DNA from: Rhodocyclaceae bacterium | GTDB taxonomy: Bacteria > Pseudomonadota > Gammaproteobacteria > Burkholderiales > Usitatibacteraceae | Assembly (NCBI GenBank): GCA_020247395.1 | Contig: JADCJC010000007.1 | Span: 2,434-66,433 of the forward strand | Length of the DNA stretch: 64,000 nucleotides | Direction of reading: 5' to 3' | Shown here: one piece after another, positions 47,531 to 55,587 of the stretch | Layout: each line of letters starts with the position of its first letter | Numbering within the stretch: the stretch's first letter is position 1 | The notes under the pieces: generated by a model | Database searches by the model: none | Told to the model about the DNA's origin: nothing | What the model saw: only the letters and a program-made list of their open reading frames with translations | Position numbers and translations under genes: made by a program

Positions 47531-47550
47531 TACTGTATACATTAACAGTA
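47531..47550. promoter_or_regulatory. LexA (SOS) box TACTGTATACATTAACAGTA
   Basis: CTGT-N8-ACAG with flanking TA/TA, a close match to the E. coli-type consensus TACTGTATATATATACAGTA. It lies about 105 bp upstream of the radA ATG. Confidence 0.65.
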
Positions 47551-47575
47551 TAAGAGTCAGTCGCCCCTGTAGCCC

Positions 47576-47621
47576 GTCGTCCCGGCTCATTTGGGTAACC
47601 CCGTCCGGGCCCCAATTTCGC
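47576..47621 (+). repeat. 46-bp direct repeat, copy 2 (upstream of radA)
   Basis: gtcgtcccggctcatttgggtaaccccgtccgggccccaatttcgc. Confidence 0.85.
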
Positions 47622-47652
47622 CTAAACCATCTCCATCGCTAACTCACACCGA

Positions 47653-49017
47653 ATGGCCAAATCCAAAACCATCTACTCCTGTACCGAATGCGGCGGTCAG
47701 TCGCCGAAGTGGCAGGGCCAGTGTCCGCACTGCCAGGCGTGGAATACGCTGGTGGAGTCCGTCGCGGAAACCGCAAGCAATAACCGCTTTGCCACACTCG
47801 CTGGCGTGAATGCCGAACGCGGACAGGTGCTCAACTTAAGCAAAGTCAAAACGCAGGACATCCCACGTCAGCCCACCGGCATCGGCGAATTCGATCGCGT
47901 GTTGGGCGGCGGCTTGGTCAGCGGCGGCGTGGTGCTCATCGGCGGGGATCCTGGCATCGGCAAATCCACCATGCTCCTGCAGGCGCTGTGCGCCATCTCG
48001 GCGTCATCGAGCGTGCTGTATGTGAGCGGCGAAGAAAGTCCGCAGCAAATCGCCATGCGTGCGAACCGCCTCACGTTGGATACCCACGACGTCAAGCTGC
48101 TCGCGGAAATCGAACTCGAAAAAATCGTCGCGACACTCTCGGCAGAAAAGCCGCAAGTCGCCGTCATCGATTCGATTCAAACCATCTACTCCGCCGCACT
48201 CACCTCGGCACCCGGCTCGGTCGCACAGGTGCGCGAGTGCGCGGCGCATCTCACGCGCTTTGCCAAATCCACCGCCACCACCATCGTGTTGGTCGGCCAC
48301 GTCACGAAAGAGGGCGCTCTCGCCGGGCCACGCGTGTTGGAGCACATGGTCGATACGGTGTTGTATTTCGAAGGTGACACCCACTCCAGCTTCCGATTGA
48401 TTCGCGCCGTCAAAAACCGCTTTGGTGCGGTCAATGAAATCGGCGTCTTCGCCATGACTGAAAAGGGCTTGCGCGAAGTCACCAACCCATCGGCGATGTT
48501 TCTCTCGACACACAGCGCGAATGTGCCCGGCAGCTGCGTGATGGTCACGCAAGAAGGCACACGGCCGCTGCTGGTGGAGATTCAAGCGCTGGTCGATGAA
48601 GCGCACATGAACCCCAAGCGGCTCTCGGTGGGCTTGGAGCAAAACCGATTGGCGATGTTGTTGGCCGTATTGCACCGCCATGCCGGCATCGCGTGTTTTG
48701 ACCAAGACGTTTTCATCAACGCTGTCGGCGGTGTGAAGATCGACGAACCTGGCGCGGACTTGGCCGTGTTGCTCGCCATCGTCTCAAGCCTCAAGAACAA
48801 ACCGCTGCCGATCAAGCACGTCGTGTTCGGTGAGATCGGCCTCGCCGGTGAAGTGCGGCCGGTACAACGCGGGCAAGAGCGATTGAAAGAGGCTGCCAAG
48901 CTCGGCTTCACCCACGCCATCATCCCGAAGGGCAACAAGCCCAAGCAGAAGATTGATGGCATCGAGATTATTGCGGTGGAACGGGTGGAGCAGGCTGTGG
49001 AGGCGATGCGTGGCTGA
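47653..49017 (+). CDS. radA: DNA repair protein RadA/Sms
   Basis: Zinc finger CTECGG...CPHCQAWNT, Walker A GGDPGIGKST, the KNRFG motif and a Lon-like C-terminal domain. Confidence 0.95.
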   Translation: MAKSKTIYSCTECGGQSPKWQGQCPHCQAWNTLVESVAETASNNRFATLAGVNAERGQVLNLSKVKTQDIPRQPTGIGEFDRVLGGGLVSGGVVLIGGDPGIGKSTMLLQALCAISASSSVLYVSGEESPQQIAMRANRLTLDTHDVKLLAEIELEKIVATLSAEKPQVAVIDSIQTIYSAALTSAPGSVAQVRECAAHLTRFAKSTATTIVLVGHVTKEGALAGPRVLEHMVDTVLYFEGDTHSSFRLIRAVKNRFGAVNEIGVFAMTEKGLREVTNPSAMFLSTHSANVPGSCVMVTQEGTRPLLVEIQALVDEAHMNPKRLSVGLEQNRLAMLLAVLHRHAGIACFDQDVFINAVGGVKIDEPGADLAVLLAIVSSLKNKPLPIKHVVFGEIGLAGEVRPVQRGQERLKEAAKLGFTHAIIPKGNKPKQKIDGIEIIAVERVEQAVEAMRG

Positions 49018-49050
49018 GCATAAACATAAATTAGCTTTTAAGCTACAATA

Positions 49051-49377
49051 ATGCTGTTTGACGTCAGGCGCTATCTTAGTGACGCTGGGCGAGATTTCGT
49101 TGAGGAGTGGCTGGAATCACTCGAAGATCCCGCAACAAGGGCGCGCGTTGAGATTCGCATTCAACGGGTATCGCGGGGCTTATTTGGTAACACAAGGTAT
49201 TTGCAGAACGGCGTTCATGAGCTGAAGCTCGACTTTGGTCCTGGCTACCGCATTTACTTTGGCAAGGACGGTAGCCGGATCATATTGCTGCTTTGTGGTG
49301 GCGATAAATCCACACAAAAGAAGGACATACGCAATGCCATCGAATATTGGAAAGACTATGAAGCGCGCGGCGACTAA
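49051..49377 (+). CDS. RelE/ParE-superfamily toxin (addiction-module killer type)
   Basis: 108 aa, with ...HELKLDFGPGYRIYF...RIILLLCGGDKSTQKKDI typical of this toxin family. Confidence 0.7.
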   Translation: MLFDVRRYLSDAGRDFVEEWLESLEDPATRARVEIRIQRVSRGLFGNTRYLQNGVHELKLDFGPGYRIYFGKDGSRIILLLCGGDKSTQKKDIRNAIEYWKDYEARGD

Positions 49378-49687
49378 GTCGAGCCTTGCCGTCGCGCCTC
49401 GAAGCACGAGCCACACGGACGCTACCCTCGCGTGGATAAAGCGCGACGCCAAGCACGCGACCGCATTGCTTGAAGCCGCATTAGAGACTGGCGATGCGGG
49501 AGACTTTATGGCAGCCCTTCGCCTCGTGACGGCGGCTAGGGGTGGCGTGACGAAGATTGCCGATGAGACGGGGCTCAATCGCGAAACGCTTTATCGCACG
49601 CTTTCAAAAAAAGGCAATCCGCAGCTATCTAGTTTGCTGCCCATTCTGCAAGCAGTTGGGCTGAGGCTCACCGTGCGGGCGGTGTGA
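49358..49687 (+). CDS. addiction-module antidote protein (HigA-like HTH)
   Basis: LLEAALETGDAGDFMAALRLVTAARGGVTKIADETGLNRETLYRTLSKKGNPQLSSLLPILQAVGLRL. It overlaps the toxin 3' end. Confidence 0.7.
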   Translation: MKRAATKSSLAVAPRSTSHTDATLAWIKRDAKHATALLEAALETGDAGDFMAALRLVTAARGGVTKIADETGLNRETLYRTLSKKGNPQLSSLLPILQAVGLRLTVRAV

Positions 49688-50043
49688 TGTGGTTTGCGGG
49701 ACAACGGGTCGGAACACTAGTGGCACCTCCCTATTGTTCTAATGCTGAGAGCAGCGGCAATGTTTTTGCTGATCTGGAATTGCCAAACGCTGAAACGCTA
49801 AAGATAAAATCTGGCTTGGCGATCAAAATTAGCGAAGCGATTGATCAACTTGGCCTCACGCAGTCTGAAGCCAGTGAGCGTATGGGGCTTCCGCGAGCAA
49901 AAGTGTCGCTGATGTTGCGCGGTCAGTTTCAGATCATCTCTGAACGCAAGCTCATGGATTGTTTGAATCGCTTGGGTTATGACATCGAGATCAAGGTTAA
50001 ACTCGCCAAGAAAGCAGTGGGGCATCTGTTGCTGGCAGCGTAA
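49684..50043 (+). CDS. XRE-family HTH protein (antitoxin-like), start uncertain
   Basis: NVFADLELPNAE...LGLTQSEASERMGLPRAKVSLMLRGQF...LGYDIEIKV. Confidence 0.6.
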   Translation: MMWFAGQRVGTLVAPPYCSNAESSGNVFADLELPNAETLKIKSGLAIKISEAIDQLGLTQSEASERMGLPRAKVSLMLRGQFQIISERKLMDCLNRLGYDIEIKVKLAKKAVGHLLLAA

Positions 50044-50334
50044 TTGGATAAGCAGCTATTTCAAGACCTTGCGCAAAACCTGAAGCAGGCCACGGCGATA
50101 TCAAAAGGCAAAGCGAAGGCATCGCGCCGCTTCAAAGTTGAGCCAACCGACGTCAAGGCGATACGGGAGGGCGTTGGGCTCACCCAAGATGAATTTGCAA
50201 AACTCATGCGCGTGAGCATCAAGACACTACAGAACTGGGAGCAGCAACGACGCCAACCGATCGGGCCTGCGGCGGTGTTGCTCAAGATTGTGTCAACTTC
50301 TCCGGAGTTGGCGTTGGAATCGCTGCATGGGTGA
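50044..50334 (+). CDS. XRE-family HTH protein (MqsA-C-terminal-like antitoxin type)
   Basis: IREGVGLTQDEFAKLMRVSIKTLQNWEQQRRQPIGPAAVLLKIV. TTG start immediately after the previous stop. Confidence 0.6.
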   Translation: MDKQLFQDLAQNLKQATAISKGKAKASRRFKVEPTDVKAIREGVGLTQDEFAKLMRVSIKTLQNWEQQRRQPIGPAAVLLKIVSTSPELALESLHG

Positions 50335-50523
50335 GGCGAGAAAAGTCGAGCCTGTCACCTTTTGTTGCGCTTTTGCGAGAAACACCAAAGCGCAGCTTAA
50401 GCAAATGTTTGATGCGCTGCGTGAACTGATGGCAACGCCGGAGCCAATCAAGCGCCCAATCGGTTTTGTTCATCCTTCGGAGAAACCTAGCGATACCAAG
50501 GGGCGGAGAAAATAATGGTGGTA

Positions 50524-50555
50524 CGTCCCCGATTATTCACGTCCCCGATTATTCA
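50524..50555. repeat. perfect 16-bp tandem duplication CGTCCCCGATTATTCA x2
   Basis: Read directly from the sequence. It sits at the start of a stretch of about 460 bp with no convincing ORF. Confidence 0.9.
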
Positions 50556-50980
50556 GCTCATCCAGTTCATCTGGGAAGCCTTACTCTAGTGGCAGTTAGC
50601 CTACTGAAAAGCCCTAAGGTTGGAATGCAATATGCTCTCTCCTTGCTAGTTTTTGCTCGGGAGGAGCTGAATGGCGACTTTGGTGCGTACTGCATTCCTG
50701 CGATTTGGTCTGGTGGTCACCGGCAAGGTGGGCTTGCCCGCTTCCACGGGCAGTATGGAGTTTCTTAACCTCAGGAGTGTTTTGCACCAAATTAGTGCTG
50801 ATGGATTCTGGGTCGATCTGGGTCGTTATCGGCACTAGGGCGATAGAGAAGATCTGGGATAACGTGGCGCATAAGCCGGGAAACAGGAAAGAAAAAAATG
50901 TTTGAGAATTTTTACCCCTAGATTATTTGCACTTCATGGATTGGTAATTAAGATGGCATTTTTTTGAACGGAGACTTTCA

Positions 50981-51397
50981 ATGCCAAGAGCAAAAAAGAC
51001 TTGGGCTGACAAGATGCGGGCTAAACCACCTCATGCGGTGATTTTGGATAAGGCGTTTGCCGGTGTTCCGCAAGGAGCCAAGTTGTTGATTTCTAGCCCA
51101 CAGGAAATAGCCGACTTCCTCAAGACGGTTCCGGCAGGCCGCAGTTTGCCGATTCAGCAACTGCGCCGCGAATTGGCGGCACGCCAGCATTGCGATGCGG
51201 CCTGCCCTGTATCGACGGCGATTTTTCTGCGTACGCTCACTGAATACAGCTTCGAGCAGGTGCAGGCGGGGGTGGCGTTGAAAGACATCCCCCCGGTCTG
51301 GCGCGTGATCGAGCCAAAATCACCGATCTTAAAGAAACTCAGCTTTGATGCGGCGTGGATCACAACCATGCGCGAACAGGAAGGATTGGCCGTATGA
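50981..51397 (+). CDS. MGMT-family-like protein lacking the acceptor Cys motif
   Basis: The MPRAKKTWADKM... N-terminus and PPVWRVI in the position of PCHRV resemble short proteins annotated as 'MGMT family'. This is recalled from memory and not verified. Confidence 0.45.
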   Translation: MPRAKKTWADKMRAKPPHAVILDKAFAGVPQGAKLLISSPQEIADFLKTVPAGRSLPIQQLRRELAARQHCDAACPVSTAIFLRTLTEYSFEQVQAGVALKDIPPVWRVIEPKSPILKKLSFDAAWITTMREQEGLAV

Positions 51398-51909
51398 AAA
51401 CAACCCTCTTGATCTTAGTTGGGATGGTCGGCGTATTGCTGCTTGGTTTTTTGCTTTGGACGATGAGTTTGCCCAAAGAACGTCAAGGCCAAGCAACTCA
51501 GTTGGTGAACGCCCCCGCTGCTGTGGTGATGGCGACCTTGCTTGACGTACAAGGGCAGCCTCGCTGGAGGCCAGATGTCCAGCGCATTGAGATACTCGCA
51601 GGTGACCAGTGGATTGAGCACAAAGCCGACGGAGATACCATACAGTTCACCCGTACGCTGCAGACAGAGCGAGAATTGCACTTGAAATTCAGCAGCCCTC
51701 GCGGCTACAGCGGTCAGTGGCTGGGTAATGTAGAAAGCCAAGGCAACGCGTCGCGTATTGCAGTCACAGAGTCTATAAGCACATCCGCTTGGTTGCCACG
51801 CGTTTTGGGGGTAATTTTTTTTGATCCGGAAAAGTTTGCTCGACAGTATCTTGAGCGCTTGGCACAAGAAGCACAGCGCCGCGCGACAAGCACGCCCACA
51901 CCCAGTTAA
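51394..51909 (+). CDS. SRPBCC (START/polyketide-cyclase-like) family protein with N-terminal TM/signal
   Basis: MKTTLLILVGMVGVLLLGFLLW, then VNAPAAVVMATLLDVQGQPRWRPDV. An ATGA overlap couples it to the previous gene. Confidence 0.5.
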   Translation: MKTTLLILVGMVGVLLLGFLLWTMSLPKERQGQATQLVNAPAAVVMATLLDVQGQPRWRPDVQRIEILAGDQWIEHKADGDTIQFTRTLQTERELHLKFSSPRGYSGQWLGNVESQGNASRIAVTESISTSAWLPRVLGVIFFDPEKFARQYLERLAQEAQRRATSTPTPS

Positions 51910-52420
51910 CCACTTTGTCAGTGTGTAGGTTGCGTGGAATAAAAAGCATGGAATAAAAGGGGTCTACTCTCCGAATTTGCGAGATGAACGCGCATCGGGC
52001 GGGGTTTTGCTACCCGCCGAGGAATCGGTGGGCATGGCTTTAAAACGTAAGTCATCGAAGCGTTAAAGCAACTGCGACTGGGAGCATATTCGAATTTGTA
52101 TAAACCCTAGCATCCACGGGCGTTTCCAGCCAAAAACGCTTTCGAGCACAACGTCAGCCGTTCAAGGGGTGAGTTAGGCTTTGCCGATTGACCGCATCAA
52201 AACCGAGTTTGATATCCGGATGATGATTTGAAGGCCGAGATGATTGACGGCAAATGGCGTTTTAGCCATCGTGACGGTGTGCCGTACGTATGAAGCTGCA
52301 CAACGGCCGTGGACAGATACGCCTGCGCTGGTTTAACGTCGCTGCGCCGTTCTCACCATCGTACTGTCGACGCCAATGGGATGCAGTCGAATGTTTTTAT
52401 GGCTTTTGGCTAGGTGCTTG

Positions 52421-53389
52421 ATGAAGATAATCCTCGCTCTCGCTTTGTCAGTGTTGCTCGGCAGCTGTAGGGGCTTGCCGCCGAAACAGGGCATACCAAC
52501 GAATTCGGTTGACCATACGCTGCCATCCGCAACGGCGTTGGGTTCGGCGTGGGTCACAGAGCCGGTCGGCGCGCAACAGGTGCAGTACCGCATCTTTCAG
52601 AGCACTGCGGCGGGTGCTGCAGTGAGTTATCACGTTTATGTTCCGGCCGCCTATGACAGGCAACCCAATGTCCGTTTTCCCGTCCTCTACTGGTTGCACG
52701 GCACCGGCGGCGGCGTACGCGGTATCGCGCCCATCAGTCGGTATTTTGACGACGCGATTCGTGCCGGCAAGATCGCGCCGATGTTGGTAGTGTTTGCAAA
52801 CGGTTTGCCGGAAGGCATGTGGTGCGATTCGGCCGATGGCAAAACGCCGGTGGAAACCGTGCTCATCCGTGAACTGATTCCGCACGTCGACGCCAATTTT
52901 CGCACCCACGCGCGACGTGAGGGGCGCTTGCTGGAAGGTTTCAGTATGGGCGGATACGGCGCAGCAAGGCTGGGCTTGCGGTATCACGATCTATTTGCCG
53001 CCGTATCGATGCTCGCCGCTGGGCCGTTGGATCCCGACTTCATGGGGCCACGTGCAACGTCCAACCCCGCCGAGCGGTCACGTATTCTTCGTAACGTATA
53101 CGGCGGCAGCGCGGCTGGCGACCTCGGTAATTTCCGCGCGCAAAGCCCTTGGGTGATTGCAGAGCAACTCAGCGAACGCGCACGCGCTTCTGTGAGGCTG
53201 CGTGTGATGATAGGCGATGGAGATTTCACGCTTGAGGCAAATCGCCAGTTCAGCGCACACCTTAGGCGCTTAGGAGTTTCACACGAATACATCGAGCTTA
53301 GTGGTGTCGCGCATGACACAATGGCGATCTTGAAGGCAGTTGGTGAATCGAATTGGCGTTTTTATCGGGACGCGCTGTTAGGGAACTAG
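52421..53389 (+). CDS. lipoprotein esterase (esterase D/enterochelin-esterase-like alpha/beta hydrolase)
   Basis: Lipobox LLGSC, nucleophile elbow GFSMGG, and YWLHG upstream. Confidence 0.6.
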   Translation: MKIILALALSVLLGSCRGLPPKQGIPTNSVDHTLPSATALGSAWVTEPVGAQQVQYRIFQSTAAGAAVSYHVYVPAAYDRQPNVRFPVLYWLHGTGGGVRGIAPISRYFDDAIRAGKIAPMLVVFANGLPEGMWCDSADGKTPVETVLIRELIPHVDANFRTHARREGRLLEGFSMGGYGAARLGLRYHDLFAAVSMLAAGPLDPDFMGPRATSNPAERSRILRNVYGGSAAGDLGNFRAQSPWVIAEQLSERARASVRLRVMIGDGDFTLEANRQFSAHLRRLGVSHEYIELSGVAHDTMAILKAVGESNWRFYRDALLGN

Positions 53390-53620
53390 CGGCAAAGGGT
53401 GGGGACCATCGGCCCAACCCAACACGCCACGGCTTGTTTAGGTGAACCATCCTGTTCACGCCCTCTGGCCAACGCAACGTATAGCGCGACAAATATTCAG
53501 CCGCTCGTTCGCAATGCCCTGCTCGTGCCTGCGGTGATGCGTCGTTCTGGCCAAGCGGCTTGGAGGCAAGCGCGTGCCCCCTGTTAAAATTCGCGTACAC
53601 CCAGACGAGTTTCCAACGCT

Positions 53621-54898
53621 ATGAATTTTGTTTCGCCCCTCCTGCAAGATTTACAAGCCCGCGGCCTGATTGCACAAACGACCGACGCCGCCGAACTCGA
53701 TGCACTGCTGCAGAAGGGGCCGATCACGCTCTATGCCGGGTTTGACCCGACGGCAGACAGCCTGCATGTGGGCTCGCTGGTGCCAGTGTTGACGCTACGC
53801 CGCTTCCAGCAGGCGGGGCATAAGCCGATCGCGTTGGTGGGTGGGGCGACCGGCATGATCGGTGACCCGAGCTTTAAGGCGGCTGAGCGCAAGCTGCTTA
53901 CCCCAGACGTGATCAACGAGTGGGTCGCGAAGATCCGCCTGCAAGTCATGCCGTTCCTCAATTTTGATGGCGGCAACGGCGCGATCATGACCAACAATCT
54001 CGATTGGTTCGGCAGCATGGGTGCGTTGGACTTTTTGCGCGACATCGGCAAACACTTCTCCGTCAATGCAATGATCAAGAAAGAGGCGGTGCAGCAGCGC
54101 CTCGAACGTGATGATCAAGGTATTTCGTTTACCGAGTTTGCTTATAGCCTGCTGCAAGGTTACGACTTCGCCGAGCTCTATCAGCGCCACCGGTGTGTGT
54201 TGCAGATCGGTGGCTCGGATCAGTGGGGCAATATCGTTGCCGGCACGGACTTAACGCGGCGGCTGCATCGTGCGCAAGTGTACGGCCTGACGTTGCCGTT
54301 GGTGGTGAAGTCCGACGGCACCAAGTTTGGCAAAACCGAATCAGGCACCATTTGGCTCGACGCCAGGCGCACATCGCCCTATGCCTTCTACCAATTCTGG
54401 CTAAACACGGCGGACGCAGATGTCTACAAGTTCATGCGTTACTTCACCTTCCTGCCAGTGGCGGAGATCGCGGCAATTGAGGCGGCCGACGCGGCGCGCG
54501 AAGGTAAACGCGATGGCCAGAGAGTGCTGGCGGAGCAGGTGACTGAGCTGGTGCATGGCAAGGCGGCACTCGAAGCGGCACAGCGCATTAGTGAAAGTTT
54601 GTTTTCTGGTGACATTACCGCACTCACTGAGTCAGACCTGGCGCAACTCGCGCAGGACGGCATGCCGGGCGCGCAGGTTGAGAGTGCGCAAAATGCAATC
54701 ACCGACGTGTTGGTTGCAAGCGGCCTCGCCAAATCCAAGACTGAAGCGCGCACCTTCATCACCAGTGGCAGTGTGGCCATCAACGGCAACAGGGTCGAGG
54801 CGATTGATCACAAGATCGAGGCAGCCGAGCGATTGTTTGGTCGATACACCTTGCTGCGGCGGGGCAAGAAAAACTACAGCCTAGTTTGCTGGCAGTAG
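53621..54898 (+). CDS. tyrS: tyrosine--tRNA ligase
   Basis: HIGH-type motif LHVGSL, KMSKS-type KFGKT, and a C-terminal S4 domain. Confidence 0.95.
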   Translation: MNFVSPLLQDLQARGLIAQTTDAAELDALLQKGPITLYAGFDPTADSLHVGSLVPVLTLRRFQQAGHKPIALVGGATGMIGDPSFKAAERKLLTPDVINEWVAKIRLQVMPFLNFDGGNGAIMTNNLDWFGSMGALDFLRDIGKHFSVNAMIKKEAVQQRLERDDQGISFTEFAYSLLQGYDFAELYQRHRCVLQIGGSDQWGNIVAGTDLTRRLHRAQVYGLTLPLVVKSDGTKFGKTESGTIWLDARRTSPYAFYQFWLNTADADVYKFMRYFTFLPVAEIAAIEAADAAREGKRDGQRVLAEQVTELVHGKAALEAAQRISESLFSGDITALTESDLAQLAQDGMPGAQVESAQNAITDVLVASGLAKSKTEARTFITSGSVAINGNRVEAIDHKIEAAERLFGRYTLLRRGKKNYSLVCWQ

Positions 54899-55019
54899 CC
54901 TATTCTAGGCGGCGACCATCGCAGCCTTTGCCGTAACGTGGTGCAGCAAAGCCGCCGGGGCGCACATCTGCTGCTGCTATACTTTGTCGCGCTGTTGCAT
55001 CCACCAGACGCTCTAGACT

Positions 55020-55586
55020 ATGCCACCTGAGATAAACGCAGATCTCACCACCATGCTCAAGCAATGGCGCGACGGCAGCGGAACGGCATTTGCTGACCTA
55101 ATCGACCGTGTATACGACGAGCTCAAGGTGATTGCCAAACGCCGGCTGAGTCAGTCGGGCAACTCGGCCACGGTGTCGCCGACCGAATTGCTGCATGAAG
55201 CGCTCGTCGCGGTGATGCCATCAACGATGGATTTCAAAAACCGCGCGCATTTCTTTGCGACGATGTCCTTGGCCATTCGCTCCATTTTGGTTGATCAAGC
55301 TCGGGCGCGAGCGGCACAAAAGCGTGGTGGCGGCGTGGTGCGGGTGACGATGAACGACCTCGATATCGGCGAGGAATCGATGGCTGTCGACTTGATATCG
55401 ATGGATCAGGCGCTAACCAAACTAGAGGAACTCGACCCGCGTGTGGGGCAGGTGATGCATCTGACCTACTTTGGTGGGCTCGAACAGACCGACATCGCTG
55501 CACTGCTGGAAATCTCTGTGCCGACGGTCAAACGTGACTTACGCTTCGCCCGAGCCTGGCTGACGCGAGCGATGGGCGAAACCTGA
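55020..55586 (+). CDS. ECF-type sigma-70 family factor (kinase-associated subgroup)
   Basis: N-terminal LKQWRDGSGTAFADLIDRVYDELKVIAKRRL, a region 4 HTH (EQTDIAALLEISVPTVKRDLRFARAWL), and a 1-nt gap to the kinase gene. Confidence 0.8.
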   Translation: MPPEINADLTTMLKQWRDGSGTAFADLIDRVYDELKVIAKRRLSQSGNSATVSPTELLHEALVAVMPSTMDFKNRAHFFATMSLAIRSILVDQARARAAQKRGGGVVRVTMNDLDIGEESMAVDLISMDQALTKLEELDPRVGQVMHLTYFGGLEQTDIAALLEISVPTVKRDLRFARAWLTRAMGET

Positions 55587-55587
55587 G

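Noticed and set aside
53390-53620. A T-box or other leader upstream of tyrS.
   Set aside because: No specifier or T-box sequence (AGGGUGGNACCGCG-like) is seen, and T-boxes are not expected in proteobacteria.
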